Below are positions 50,653-60,507 of a stretch of 64,000 bases of DNA, one piece after another (within the stretch, counting starts at the first letter, position 1; every line of letters starts with the position of its first letter). The stretch lies in assembly GCA_043743165.1 (NCBI GenBank), contig JAYTXA010000055.1:11123-75122 (forward strand). Reading direction: 5' to 3'. The notes under the pieces were generated by a model that saw only the letters and a program-made list of their open reading frames with translations, ran no database searches and had not been told where the DNA came from. This DNA comes from Acidobacteriota bacterium (GTDB lineage: Bacteria > Acidobacteriota > Vicinamibacteria > Vicinamibacterales > CAVVIG01). The position numbers and the translations under genes were made by a program.

Positions 50653-52062
50653 CTACCTCGCGGCGCGCGCCTGGCGCGCCAGTTCCTCTTCAACCAACCG
50701 CTTGAAGTACTCGAACGGCGGCAGGAACGACGGCAGCTCCGGTGCCAGGCGGCCGTTCACCAGCAGGCTGCCTGGCGCGGGAATGTCATAACGGCGCGTT
50801 TCCTCGAGCGCTTGGCCAAGCCGCTCGCGCGTCTGCTCGCCGTCGAGGCAGGCGTCGAACGCCGTCCGGTCGATTCCCACGTCGGTCGCCACGCGCTTGA
50901 AGCGGGCCGCATCAAGCGCGCCGGCCGCACCCAGCAGCGTGTCGTGGAACGGCCAGAACTTCCCCTGCAGGTTCGCGCACGCCGCGGCTTCAGCCGCCTG
51001 GATGGAGGCAGGATTGTTCGCCGGAAAGTGCTTGAACACGAAGCGGACGCGCGCACCGAAGAGATCGCGCACGCGCGGCATCGTCAGCGCGAAGCGCGCG
51101 TACGTCGGGTTCTGGAAGTCGCCGAACATCACCACTTCGACCGGTGCCGACGCGGGCCCAAACGCCGGGTCGTCAGCGGCATGCTCCACCGTGACGCTCG
51201 GCGCATCGAGCAGGACGTCGGCACGGGTCGATACCTTGGTGAGTTCCTCGACGTAGCTCATCTTCGCGAGTTCGGGCTCCACCTTGCGCGCCAGCCACTC
51301 GCGCAGCGCGGGACGCAACTGGTCGATGGTGGCGCCGCGCGCACGATCGCCAAGGCTCTGGTAGAGGCTCGTCACGGCCGTGTCGGGCAACGGCACCGTG
51401 CGCTTCGGCAGTTCCTCGGCCAGCAGCGCGTCGACGGTCAGCTGCCGTGACGCCGCTTCGCGCGTGAGCAACTCCGCGTGCACCATGTCGTTGACGATGC
51501 GTCGGCGAGCGTCGAACAGTTGCCGGCTCGCGACAAGGTAGCCCACCGGATCGATGCGCTGCCATTCACGATCGACGTCGGCCAGCGTGATGCTGCGGTC
51601 GCCAACGCGCGCGGCAGCGTCGCCGGCAGACGGCATCGACGCGGCCGACCTCGGTGCGGGCATCGCCGCGGAGCGGGCGTCACCAACCGCCTGCGGGGCA
51701 GGCGCCGCCGTCGCGGGACCGGCAGGTGCCGAAGCAACGGACCCGAGCTGAACCTGCACCGATGCCGTGTCGCCCGGCTGCGTTCCACGCGTGATCGTCA
51801 GCAGGTAGGTTCCCGGCGGCATCATGCCGAGCGGCGCAACCGCGATCACCCGCTGGTCCATCGCCAACTGAATGTTGAGCGGCACCAGATCGAGCGTGAC
51901 GAACGGACGCTGACCGAAGCCGCTGCCGGCGACGGTCAGCGTGCCGGCGGGCGCGTCGGCTACGGCGCTCTGGATGGTGAGCGGGGCGAGTTGGGCGAAG
52001 CCCCAGGAAGGCGTCAGCGCAGCCAGGGCACACAGCACGGTCGACCGCAACGCGGACGTCAT
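50653..52062 (-). CDS. Secreted protein with Ig-like, SurA-N-like and DsbA/thioredoxin-like domains, lacking CxxC
   Basis: GPASAPVEVVMFGDFQNPTY; FKHFP; AAEAAACANLQGKFWPFHD. Confidence 0.8.
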   Translation of the reverse strand: MTSALRSTVLCALAALTPSWGFAQLAPLTIQSAVADAPAGTLTVAGSGFGQRPFVTLDLVPLNIQLAMDQRVIAVAPLGMMPPGTYLLTITRGTQPGDTASVQVQLGSVASAPAGPATAAPAPQAVGDARSAAMPAPRSAASMPSAGDAAARVGDRSITLADVDREWQRIDPVGYLVASRQLFDARRRIVNDMVHAELLTREAASRQLTVDALLAEELPKRTVPLPDTAVTSLYQSLGDRARGATIDQLRPALREWLARKVEPELAKMSYVEELTKVSTRADVLLDAPSVTVEHAADDPAFGPASAPVEVVMFGDFQNPTYARFALTMPRVRDLFGARVRFVFKHFPANNPASIQAAEAAACANLQGKFWPFHDTLLGAAGALDAARFKRVATDVGIDRTAFDACLDGEQTRERLGQALEETRRYDIPAPGSLLVNGRLAPELPSFLPPFEYFKRLVEEELARQARAAR

Positions 52063-53666
52063 GGCATCTCCTCATCGGTCCACGGTGTACGGCACGGCTC
52101 GGCTCTGTCGTAGAGAGCGAGCCGCGACGTGAGCCGGGCCTTCACAGCCGGCAACTGCGCGCGCTCCGCAGCGGCGATCAGGTCGCGCTGCAGCGCCTGC
52201 GCCTCCTGGTACTGCCCGAGTTCGGCCAGCGTCATCGCGTAGGTCTCGCCGAGTTCGAGCGTCCGGCCCCGCTGCAACATCTGCTGCACCAGTTCCATCG
52301 CACGACGGCCGTCGCGTACGGCGGCGTCAGGAGCGGAGACCAGCAGCCGCGCCAGCGCGTGGGTGACGCTGGGGTTGCCGGTGGTGGCACCCTCGGTGAG
52401 CGTCTGCTTCGCGTCGCGATAGCGGCGCAGCCTGGTCAGCACCATGGCCTGGCCGAGGCGCGCCTCCGCGTTGTCCGGCGCACTGGCGATGGCGAGCTGA
52501 TAGCTGTCCAGCGCATCGTTCAACTTCCCCGAGCGTCGAAGGCTCGAGGCCAGCCGCAGCCGTGCCTCGGTATAGGTGGGGCGTACCTGCAGGGCGGCCG
52601 TGAAGCGTTCGATGGCCTCGGCCTGCCGCCCGTCGGCCTGCGCCATCACGCCGAGGCTGAACAGCGCCGGGAAGTACTCGGGCTGGGTCCGCACGGCGAC
52701 CTCGAACTCACGTCGTGCACCGGCCGCATCGTCCTGCATGCTGAGCGCCGTGCCAAGGCGATGATGCAGCGCGGCGCTCTCCGGTGCGAGCGTCAGCCCC
52801 TTGCGGAACTGCTCCGCGGCACCGGCCCAGTCTTCCGCATCGAGCTTGCGCAGACCGGCGGTCTCGAACGACTGCGGACTCTGGAGCAGCGACTCCAGCT
52901 CCACCATCAACGTGTCGCGAGGCGCAATCTTGCTGTCGCGTCGCAGGCGCAGGTGCTCGGCCGACTTCACCGTGTCGCCGAGCGCGGCGTAGGCCTGGGA
53001 CAGCGGGTAGTGAGCGGCGGTCGCCTTGGGGTTCAAGCGCAAGACGTCTTCCAGGAACTTCACCGCCTTGGGGTGATCGCCTCTCGCGAGTGCCGTGCGG
53101 CCGGCGCCGAACTTCGCCGACACGGAGTTCGGATCGATCTGCAGCGCATGCGCGAACGCCGGTTCCGCCACCTCGGGCTTGCCGGCGGAGAGGCTGACAT
53201 CGCCGAGCCACACCAGCGCGTCGATATCGTCTGGCCGCAGCTGCAGCACGTGCTGGAACAGCTGCGCGGCTTTCGGCAGGTCGCCTTTCGACCGCGCGAG
53301 GTGCGCGAGGTAGTACGGCCACCGGTAGTCGGAACCATCGAGCGACTGGGCCGCGAGGAACTCGGTCTCGGCGGCATCCGGGAGTTGCGCCGCCATGAAT
53401 AGCCTCGCCAGCTCGCCGTGCGCGTTCGCCCGGTCGAGGAGGGTGGCGTCGCCCCTGGCCAGCGTCTTCACCAGCCAGTCGCGCTGGTCAGTGATCTGCT
53501 TCTGGACCGACGGCACGAGCTTCGAGATGTCCGGCACCGGCGCCGCAGTGGCGGACGCTTGCGGCTGTCCGCCCGCAAACGCGCCTGGTGCGCCTGGCGA
53601 CGAGCAGGCGCCTGCAGCGACGCCGAGGGCGAGCAGTAGCGCACACACAGAACCGGCGCGCGTCAC
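52059..53666 (-). CDS. TPR lipoprotein
   Basis: AGAC lipobox; many TPR repeats; GTGA overlap with the upstream gene. Confidence 0.85.
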   Translation of the reverse strand: MTRAGSVCALLLALGVAAGACSSPGAPGAFAGGQPQASATAAPVPDISKLVPSVQKQITDQRDWLVKTLARGDATLLDRANAHGELARLFMAAQLPDAAETEFLAAQSLDGSDYRWPYYLAHLARSKGDLPKAAQLFQHVLQLRPDDIDALVWLGDVSLSAGKPEVAEPAFAHALQIDPNSVSAKFGAGRTALARGDHPKAVKFLEDVLRLNPKATAAHYPLSQAYAALGDTVKSAEHLRLRRDSKIAPRDTLMVELESLLQSPQSFETAGLRKLDAEDWAGAAEQFRKGLTLAPESAALHHRLGTALSMQDDAAGARREFEVAVRTQPEYFPALFSLGVMAQADGRQAEAIERFTAALQVRPTYTEARLRLASSLRRSGKLNDALDSYQLAIASAPDNAEARLGQAMVLTRLRRYRDAKQTLTEGATTGNPSVTHALARLLVSAPDAAVRDGRRAMELVQQMLQRGRTLELGETYAMTLAELGQYQEAQALQRDLIAAAERAQLPAVKARLTSRLALYDRAEPCRTPWTDEEMP

Positions 53667-55444
53667 TTCCCCTCGCCCTGTTTCAACGTGGTCCAGCGAT
53701 CGACCGGCACCGTGCTCCACTTCTCGCGGCTGCCATCGGGCCAGCGCACCTCGGCGTGCAGCGCGCCAGTGGCGGTGCCGAGGCCGACAAGCACGCGCGG
53801 GTCGTTGGCCGACGCATAGCTGCCGTCGGCGCGAGCCCGGCGCCACCGCGTCTTGCCGTCGCCACCCGTCACGCCAACACGAGCCCCCAGCATGTTGCGC
53901 CCGCCGGGGGTGCCGACCAGCTGCAGGCCGACCCAGTGCTGCTGGTTGCCGACGTTGTTGAGCAGCAACCGGGCACGGCCCGCGTCGTTGCCGACGAGGA
54001 TGTCGACGTCGCCGTCGTTGTCGACGTCGCCGAAGGCGGCCCCTCGCCCCGACTCCGACATCGCGAACGTCGCGCCGGCTTTCGACGTGACGTCTTCGAA
54101 GCGGCCATTCCCGAGGTTCCTGAACAGCAACCGGTGCTGGTCGTACGGGAACGACACGGACTGGTGTCCTTCGAGGGTGATGATGGTGCCGTTGGCACTG
54201 AAGGTGTCGAGCCAGCCGTCATTGTCGTAGTCGAACAGTGCAGTGCCCCAGCCGGTGAACGGCGTGCTGGCGGGACCCAGACCGGACACGGCGCCCTGAT
54301 CGCGAAAGCGCGCCTCGCCGTCGTTCACATACAGATTGAACCCCTGGCTGGTGAGCTCGGTCATCATCAGGTCGTCGTCGCCATCGTTGTCGATGTCGCC
54401 CGCGTCAACGCCCATGCTGGCTTCGGCCTTGCCCTCGGCGGTGATCGCCGCGCCGCTCTGCAGCGCGACGTCCGTGAAGGTGCCGTTCTTCTGGTTCAAC
54501 CAGAGGAGGTTGTCCTCGCCGTCGTTGGCGACGTAGATGTCCAGCCAGCCGTCGCCGTTGAAATCGGCGGTGGTGACGCCAAGTGCAGGGCGTGGCCTCA
54601 GGCCAGGCAGCGCCTTCGCGGACACGTCGGTGAACACGCCCGTGCCATCGTTGTGAAGCAGGCGGTCCGGCAAGCCGCCGTAGATCTGCGGCGGGCAGTA
54701 GTCTGGCGCCCCGGCCGGATTCGGGCAGATCTTCTCCTTGTCAAGACCGCGATAGTTCACGTTGTTGCCGATGTAGAGATCGAGCGCGCCGTCGCGGTCG
54801 TAGTCGACAAACGCTGCCGACACCGCGAAACCGGGCTGGTTCGCCGTGCCGCTCGATTTCGTCACGTCGGTGAACCTGCCGTTGCCCTGGTTGCGATAGA
54901 GCGTGTTGCCACCGAAGCTGGTGAGGTAGAGGTCGGTGAAGCCGTCGTTGTCGACGTCGCCGGTGGCCACGCCGAAGCCGAAGCCGCGCGCCTCGATCCC
55001 GCTCTGGGCCGTCACGTCGGTGAAGCGTAGCGACCGGGTGCCGTCTGGCAGAACGGCGAGGTCGTTGCGATACAACCGGCCGCGCAGGTCGGGGTTGGTA
55101 TTCGGGGCGCCGAGCGGATAGCCCTGCACCAGGTAGACGTCGAGGTCGCCGTCGTTGTCCATGTCGAACAGCGCGACGCCGGGCGGCAGAATCTCGGGAT
55201 AGTAGAACTTTCCGGTCGCGCCGTTCACGTGCGTGAAGTCGATGCCCGAGGCCTGTGCAGCATCAGTGAACCACTCCACCGCGGGCGGCGCGCTGCTGGC
55301 GGCTGGCGGCGCCGTCGACTGCGGTGTCGAGTTGCAGGCGCTGAGCGTGAGGACAGCGAGCATCAGCGCGTGTCGCGCGTAGTGTCCGGCTTTAGCCGGA
55401 CTGACACGGTCCGCCTGAAGGCGGACACTACGGCTACTCGCCAC
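53663..55444 (-). CDS. CRTAC1 family lipoprotein (start GTG 55444 or ATG 55363)
   Basis: LSAC lipobox; DxDNDG repeats; DGSYASAND; VGLG. Confidence 0.88.
   Translation of the reverse strand: MASSRSVRLQADRVSPAKAGHYARHALMLAVLTLSACNSTPQSTAPPAASSAPPAVEWFTDAAQASGIDFTHVNGATGKFYYPEILPPGVALFDMDNDGDLDVYLVQGYPLGAPNTNPDLRGRLYRNDLAVLPDGTRSLRFTDVTAQSGIEARGFGFGVATGDVDNDGFTDLYLTSFGGNTLYRNQGNGRFTDVTKSSGTANQPGFAVSAAFVDYDRDGALDLYIGNNVNYRGLDKEKICPNPAGAPDYCPPQIYGGLPDRLLHNDGTGVFTDVSAKALPGLRPRPALGVTTADFNGDGWLDIYVANDGEDNLLWLNQKNGTFTDVALQSGAAITAEGKAEASMGVDAGDIDNDGDDDLMMTELTSQGFNLYVNDGEARFRDQGAVSGLGPASTPFTGWGTALFDYDNDGWLDTFSANGTIITLEGHQSVSFPYDQHRLLFRNLGNGRFEDVTSKAGATFAMSESGRGAAFGDVDNDGDVDILVGNDAGRARLLLNNVGNQQHWVGLQLVGTPGGRNMLGARVGVTGGDGKTRWRRARADGSYASANDPRVLVGLGTATGALHAEVRWPDGSREKWSTVPVDRWTTLKQGEGK
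55379..55431. repeat. Inverted REP doublet
   Basis: GTAGTGTCCGGCTTTAGCCGGAC and GTCCGCCTGAAGGCGGACACTAC. Confidence 0.85.
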
Positions 55445-56450
55445 GACCGCTCCTCTGGTCGAACGCGCGCTTGGCGTCGGCGATGCGGGCGTTGTTCTCG
55501 TCGTATGACAGCGGCGCGGCCGCGTCGACGCGCGGCTGATAGCCGCCCTCACGGTAGACCGGATACGCCTCGGTCCGCAGGTGCGACAGCATGTGGTGCC
55601 CGACGCGCGAGGCGCGCTCGTGGCGCAGCGCCGAAATGTCCACCGGCGCGACGACGATGCGCTCGCCGGGGCCGGGGGAGGCCTCGGCGAGGAGGCGGCC
55701 GTCGAAATCGACGACCTGCGACCCGCCTGGCCACGAGTAGGGTGGGTAGTGCTTCAGGCTGGCGCCCTGGTTCGCCGCCACGACGTACGCCATGTTCTCG
55801 ATCGCACGGGTGCGGTTGATGAGCGTCCACCAGTTCATCGGTTCGGTGGCCCCCCACGGGTCCATGTAGGCCGACACCCGGATGAGCACCTCGGCGCCGT
55901 TCGCCGCGAGCTGGCGGATGGCTTCCGGAAACAGCCAGTCGTAGCAGATGGCACATCCGAGCCGGCCGATCGGTGTGTCGGCCACCGGGAAGAGCGGCTC
56001 GTCGTAGCCCGGAATGTCGTGCGGACTGCTGTGGACCTCGAACGGGATCCACGGGTTCACCTTGCGGTACTTGTAGAGCATCCCCTCTGGCCCGATGAGA
56101 CACGTGGTGTTGAACACCACGCCCGGATACTTCGGGTCTTCCTCCAGCATCGAGCCGCTCTGGATGTAGATGTCGTGTTCGCGAGCCTTGGCCTGCAGCC
56201 GGTCGGTGTGTTCGTTTGGAATCTGCACCGTCAGGTGCGTCAGCAACTCGCCGACCGTGGCGTAGACCGGTGCCGCGTGCGCGAACTCCGGGAAGACGAC
56301 CAAGCGCACCGGCAGGAACGGCACGGCGCCGCCAACCGCGGCGTCGATCATGGCGACCATGCGATCGGTGCTCGCGCGCATGCCGGCGCGCGTGGCCGGA
56401 TTCTGCAGGTCGGTCTGGCAGGCAGCAACGGCGTAACGAAGGTGTGTCAT
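55434..56450 (-). CDS. Nitrilase-related carbon-nitrogen hydrolase
   Basis: Catalytic triad in FPEF, YRK, ICYDWLFPE. Confidence 0.9.
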   Translation of the reverse strand: MTHLRYAVAACQTDLQNPATRAGMRASTDRMVAMIDAAVGGAVPFLPVRLVVFPEFAHAAPVYATVGELLTHLTVQIPNEHTDRLQAKAREHDIYIQSGSMLEEDPKYPGVVFNTTCLIGPEGMLYKYRKVNPWIPFEVHSSPHDIPGYDEPLFPVADTPIGRLGCAICYDWLFPEAIRQLAANGAEVLIRVSAYMDPWGATEPMNWWTLINRTRAIENMAYVVAANQGASLKHYPPYSWPGGSQVVDFDGRLLAEASPGPGERIVVAPVDISALRHERASRVGHHMLSHLRTEAYPVYREGGYQPRVDAAAPLSYDENNARIADAKRAFDQRSGRGE

Positions 56451-59400
56451 GGCAGGGGGACGGACCGCACGACGCGGCGCGTGTTCCAGGTCTCGCGATA
56501 GCGGTTGTGATCCGGCGTGTCCGGATAGCGTTCGGTGGCTGGGTACGGGTAGCCCGACATGCCGTGAAACGGCAGCGGCTCGACCGTGTCCGGGCTGGCG
56601 GAGTTCACATCCATCTCCTTGCTGTAGCCGTCGCCGTGCAGCAGGTAGGTGCGGCTCCAGCCGGGGGCGAGCACGTCGGTCGCGGCGTCGAACTCGAGCG
56701 CCACTTCATCGCCCGGCTTGCCGATGACGAAGTGATCGTCGGCCGTGGTCACGAGCGGCAGCACGTCGCCGACGCGGGTGTAGCTGCCGGCGAAGGTCTT
56801 CCACGGCGACTGCGACGACACGCGCGTGTAGTCGTAGCCGGGTGGGTTTTCGCCGTCCGGCCGCACCTCGGCGGAGAATCCTCGCTCGCGCAGCGTGGCG
56901 ACGCGCGGGTCGGCCACCTGCTGTGCAAAGCCGTCGGTGGCGACCGTGGCGCCGACCTGGATCTGGTCCCAGTAGATGCGCATGTTCGTGGTCAGCCGCA
57001 GCTCGTGCTCGCCGGCGCGCAGCACACCGGTGAGGTCGATCGGAATGGTCTGCGGACGTCCGACGGGAATGCCGATGCCGACGGCGAGCGGGCGCCAGCG
57101 TCCGGCCGCGTCATGCACCTCGAGCCTCGGCTCGGCGGCGACCAGGCCAGCCTGGTAGGCCGCCACGTTGTCGCTCGAGAAGGCGTAGTCGGTCCACGCC
57201 GTGAGCAACAGCGTCTGTGGCGCGGCGGTGGCGCCGATGTCGATGAGCAGCGCATGCGGCTCGGCGTAGCCGCGAATGCGCTTCAACGGGAAGTCGTCGG
57301 GCCAGGTCCGATCGCGCTGCGCGATGCGGGCGGTCACGTCGTGCCCGTGGTCGTCGGTGACGCGCAGCGGCGTGTGCGGAGTGCGGACACCGTGCAGCCG
57401 GAACGGCTTGGCCTCAACGGTCATCCCCTCGTTCGGGAAGACCTGGACGTCAGTCGGGTGCGTCACCGTCATCAACCGCAGGCGGTCCAGGAACAGCACC
57501 TCTTCGAGTTCGTTGGTGACGCGGAGTTGCAGCCGCCCGTTCACCGGCTGCAACTGCTCGCCGCGGATGCGGACGTACTCGACCGGATCGGGATGGTTCC
57601 AGGCGCCGGGACCTTCCCAGTAGCCCATCTCGCCGCCGCCGAGGAAGTCGGTGACGAACTCGAAACGCTCGCCGTTCCAGACGAACAGGAACGGGCACGA
57701 CGACGGCTTGCGGTCGAGTTCTTCGACGAGGAACGGCGACGCCAACGGCACCGGTTCCTGGCTCGCTGCGGTCGCGCCGGTCTCAGCCTGGAGAATGCCC
57801 GACGGCCACAGCACGCGGGCGACGTCGGCACCTGGCCTGGCACCGAGGCCGAACAGCGGCTCGGTGGCGCCGACGGCCGGTGTGCTCGCCGTGGTTTCGA
57901 AGCGGGCGCTGAGGCTGCCGGCGCGAATCTGCACCTTGGCGCCGACGCCGCTGCGGTTCGTCACGCGTCCGCGCAGTTGCAACCGCAACGACCGGTTGCG
58001 TCGGTCGCCGCTGTTCAGCCAGGCCCACGTCTGTTCGCCTGCCGTCAACACCAGATCGGGGTCGCCGTCGCGATCGAGGTCGGCCGACGCGATCGAGCGG
58101 ACCGCGGTCTGGACGCCCGGTGCCGCCGCCGCCACGGCGGTTGCGGTGACGTCGGTCCAGCTCGGACCGACGTTGCGCGCAACGGTGAGCCCGTTCGGTC
58201 CGGCAGCGACGAGGTCGAGCAGGCCGTCGTTGTCGTAGTCGACGAACTGGGCGGCGGTCACGCCGCGCAGGGTCTCCGGCGCATCCGAGACGATGAATCG
58301 TCCGCGGCCGTCGCTGAGCGCCAGCACGCTGGTGCCGCTGCGGCCGAAGAACAGGTCGGGCCAGTCGTCCTTGTTGACGTCGCCGATCGCGACCGCAGTG
58401 ATCGACTCGCCCGGCTTCATCACGGCGCCGAGGCCGACCTCACCCGCCACATCACGGAACGAGCCGTCGCGCTGGTTGGCGTAGAGACGCGGTGCGGTGT
58501 CGGTGCTGACGATGAGCAGGTCGAGGTCGCGATGGTTGTCGAAGTCGGTCGGCACGATGGCGATCACGTGCCCGCGCGCGTCGAGCTTCGCGCTCTTCGT
58601 GATGTCGGTGAACGTGCCGTTGCCATTGTTGCGGAGCAACTGTAGCGGCGCGGCCGCGAAGCCGTCCGGGAAGACCCACGGCCCTCCGGTCTGCCGGCGC
58701 GTCGTGTTCAGTTCGGCCAGTCCGGCCAGCAGCAGATCGACGTCACCGTCGTGATCGACGTCGACGAACGCCGCCGCGCCTGGCAAGCCCGGGAACGCCG
58801 GCAGTTTCGCGGTGCGAGTCGAATCGGTGAAGTGCCCTTTGCCGTCGTTGCGAAACAGGCTGCTGCCGGACGCGCGCAGCACGAACAGGTCGGGTGCACC
58901 GTCGTTGTCGTAGTCGGCGGCCACGACGCCGACGCCGGCGCCGGCGCGCGCATCCGGGGTGAGGCCGGATGCCTCGCTGTCGTCGAACCAGCGGGGACCG
59001 TCGCGGCGATAGAGCCGCAGTCCTGACGCCGAGGCCACCACGAGTTCGAGCGAACCGTCGCCGTCGGTATCGACCAGCGCCTGTCCCCCGCCGAGACCGG
59101 CCGTCAGTTCTCTGGCTCGCGCCCCACCGAGATCGGCGGCGCTGAAGCGACGGCCGAACGGACTGCCGGGGCCGGACGCTGCGGCCGAGTCAACGACCGC
59201 TGTGGGCGTGAACTTCGCCGGCGGCGGCGTCTGGTCGACCAGTTCGGGTTCGGCGCCGGTTGACGCAATCGCTTCGGCGTATCGCCCCTGTTCGAGGTAG
59301 CCGGTGCCGAACGTGACCGCGTAGTTGGCACGGCGGAGGTCCTGCGCCCGTTGCAGCAGGATCTGGCCCTCGTCGGCTTTGCCACCGCGCGTCAGCGCGA

Positions 59401-59962
59401 GGCCGAGCACGTAGGAGGCCGTGACGTGGTACGGCTCCTTCGCCACGATCGGCTGCAGCGCCGCGATCGCCTCGTCGTACCGGCGATCCTCGAGGTTGAT
59501 CTGCGCCAGGTTCACGTTCGCGCCGACGTCGTGCGCATCGAGCCGCCGCACCTTCTCGAACTGCTCGCGCGCCGCCTCGTTCCGGTTCTGCGCGCGGGCG
59601 ATGAGGCCGAGGACATAGGCCGGCTGCGGCGCAGACGGCATGAGGCGAGCGGCCTCCTCCGACTCCTTCGCGGCAGCGTCGAGCTCCTGCTCGTAGAGGA
59701 GGGCGAGGCTCAGGTTCAGGTGGCCGATGGCGAGCGTGGAATCGATGCCGAGCGCGCCGCGGAACGCGGTGGCCGCTTCGGGATACTTCAGCTGCTCGAG
59801 CAGGGCGACACCGACATTGTTCGCGCGGTAGGCCCGCTCACGGGTTTCGCGGGTCGGGGCCGTCTGCGTCGGAGGGGGCGGCGGCCCGCAGGCAGCGGCG
59901 GCGAGGGCGAGGCAGACGCACGCGCGCAGCGTCCAGAGGCGGGTGCAAACGGAAAAGGGCAC
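56447..59962 (-). CDS. TPR plus FG-GAP plus ASPIC/UnbV large lipoprotein with extra C-terminal domain
   Basis: AAAC lipobox; TPRs; DxDxDG repeats; SSCPFLFVWNG; DGYSKEMD. Confidence 0.88.
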   Translation of the reverse strand: MPFSVCTRLWTLRACVCLALAAAACGPPPPPTQTAPTRETRERAYRANNVGVALLEQLKYPEAATAFRGALGIDSTLAIGHLNLSLALLYEQELDAAAKESEEAARLMPSAPQPAYVLGLIARAQNRNEAAREQFEKVRRLDAHDVGANVNLAQINLEDRRYDEAIAALQPIVAKEPYHVTASYVLGLALTRGGKADEGQILLQRAQDLRRANYAVTFGTGYLEQGRYAEAIASTGAEPELVDQTPPPAKFTPTAVVDSAAASGPGSPFGRRFSAADLGGARARELTAGLGGGQALVDTDGDGSLELVVASASGLRLYRRDGPRWFDDSEASGLTPDARAGAGVGVVAADYDNDGAPDLFVLRASGSSLFRNDGKGHFTDSTRTAKLPAFPGLPGAAAFVDVDHDGDVDLLLAGLAELNTTRRQTGGPWVFPDGFAAAPLQLLRNNGNGTFTDITKSAKLDARGHVIAIVPTDFDNHRDLDLLIVSTDTAPRLYANQRDGSFRDVAGEVGLGAVMKPGESITAVAIGDVNKDDWPDLFFGRSGTSVLALSDGRGRFIVSDAPETLRGVTAAQFVDYDNDGLLDLVAAGPNGLTVARNVGPSWTDVTATAVAAAAPGVQTAVRSIASADLDRDGDPDLVLTAGEQTWAWLNSGDRRNRSLRLQLRGRVTNRSGVGAKVQIRAGSLSARFETTASTPAVGATEPLFGLGARPGADVARVLWPSGILQAETGATAASQEPVPLASPFLVEELDRKPSSCPFLFVWNGERFEFVTDFLGGGEMGYWEGPGAWNHPDPVEYVRIRGEQLQPVNGRLQLRVTNELEEVLFLDRLRLMTVTHPTDVQVFPNEGMTVEAKPFRLHGVRTPHTPLRVTDDHGHDVTARIAQRDRTWPDDFPLKRIRGYAEPHALLIDIGATAAPQTLLLTAWTDYAFSSDNVAAYQAGLVAAEPRLEVHDAAGRWRPLAVGIGIPVGRPQTIPIDLTGVLRAGEHELRLTTNMRIYWDQIQVGATVATDGFAQQVADPRVATLRERGFSAEVRPDGENPPGYDYTRVSSQSPWKTFAGSYTRVGDVLPLVTTADDHFVIGKPGDEVALEFDAATDVLAPGWSRTYLLHGDGYSKEMDVNSASPDTVEPLPFHGMSGYPYPATERYPDTPDHNRYRETWNTRRVVRSVPLP

Positions 59963-59975
59963 AGAACAGCTTAAA

Positions 59976-60014
59976 GAAAAAGCCCCACCTGACGCCAGCG
60001 CGCCGGGTGGGGCT
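59976..60014 (-). terminator. Intrinsic terminator
   Basis: AGCCCCACC...GGTGGGGC stem followed by TTTTTCTTT on the minus strand. Confidence 0.65.
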
Positions 60015-60043
60015 CCTGCAATTCCTTGACGTTCGCTCTAGGC

Positions 60044-60067
60044 GCCGACCTAAAGGCCGGCAGCTAC
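60044..60067 (-). repeat. GTAG-type REP variant
   Basis: GCCGACCTAAAGGCCGGCAGCTAC, followed by a partial direct copy. Confidence 0.65.
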
Positions 60068-60107
60068 ACACGTCAAGATCGGCAGCTGCACACGTCCGGA
60101 CAGCGCT

Positions 60108-60425
60108 CTAGTCCTGGCGGGTGCCGAGGCTCGACGGCGTGACGTCCAGCACGTTCTTGTCGATGGTCATGATGCCGCCGACCGCCACGGCTGCGAGGCC
60201 GATGTAGAGCAGGGCCTTCTTACCCTTCGACATGCCGCTGCGCGACAAGTTGCCGCCCTGGCTCTGATACGCCGCGGGCTGCGTGCCCTTCGACGGCTCG
60301 GCCGGCGCGCTCACCGCAATCTGCTGCACGTGGCGTGTACCCGCGCTCAGCAGCGATTCTCCCGCAAAGGCCGCCGACGCATTGCCAATCGACGCCACCA
60401 GTGCGAATACGAGCAACCGGTTCAT
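60108..60425 (-). CDS. Small secreted/membrane hypothetical protein
   Basis: AGGAG RBS; signal peptide ending AFA; C-terminal hydrophobic helix; paralog at 63892. Confidence 0.8.
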   Translation of the reverse strand: MNRLLVFALVASIGNASAAFAGESLLSAGTRHVQQIAVSAPAEPSKGTQPAAYQSQGGNLSRSGMSKGKKALLYIGLAAVAVGGIMTIDKNVLDVTPSSLGTRQD

Positions 60426-60458
60426 TCGAAATCTCCTGACAGAGGTCGTGAAAGGTGC

Positions 60459-60499
60459 TGGCAGACGCCCAGGAGCCCGGGGGCTTCAGGCGTCTGCCA
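60459..60499. other. Intergenic stem-loop after the TonB receptor gene
   Basis: TGGCAGACGCC...GGCGTCTGCCA; no strong U tract. Confidence 0.55.
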
Positions 60500-60507
60500 A
60501 CGCTGGA

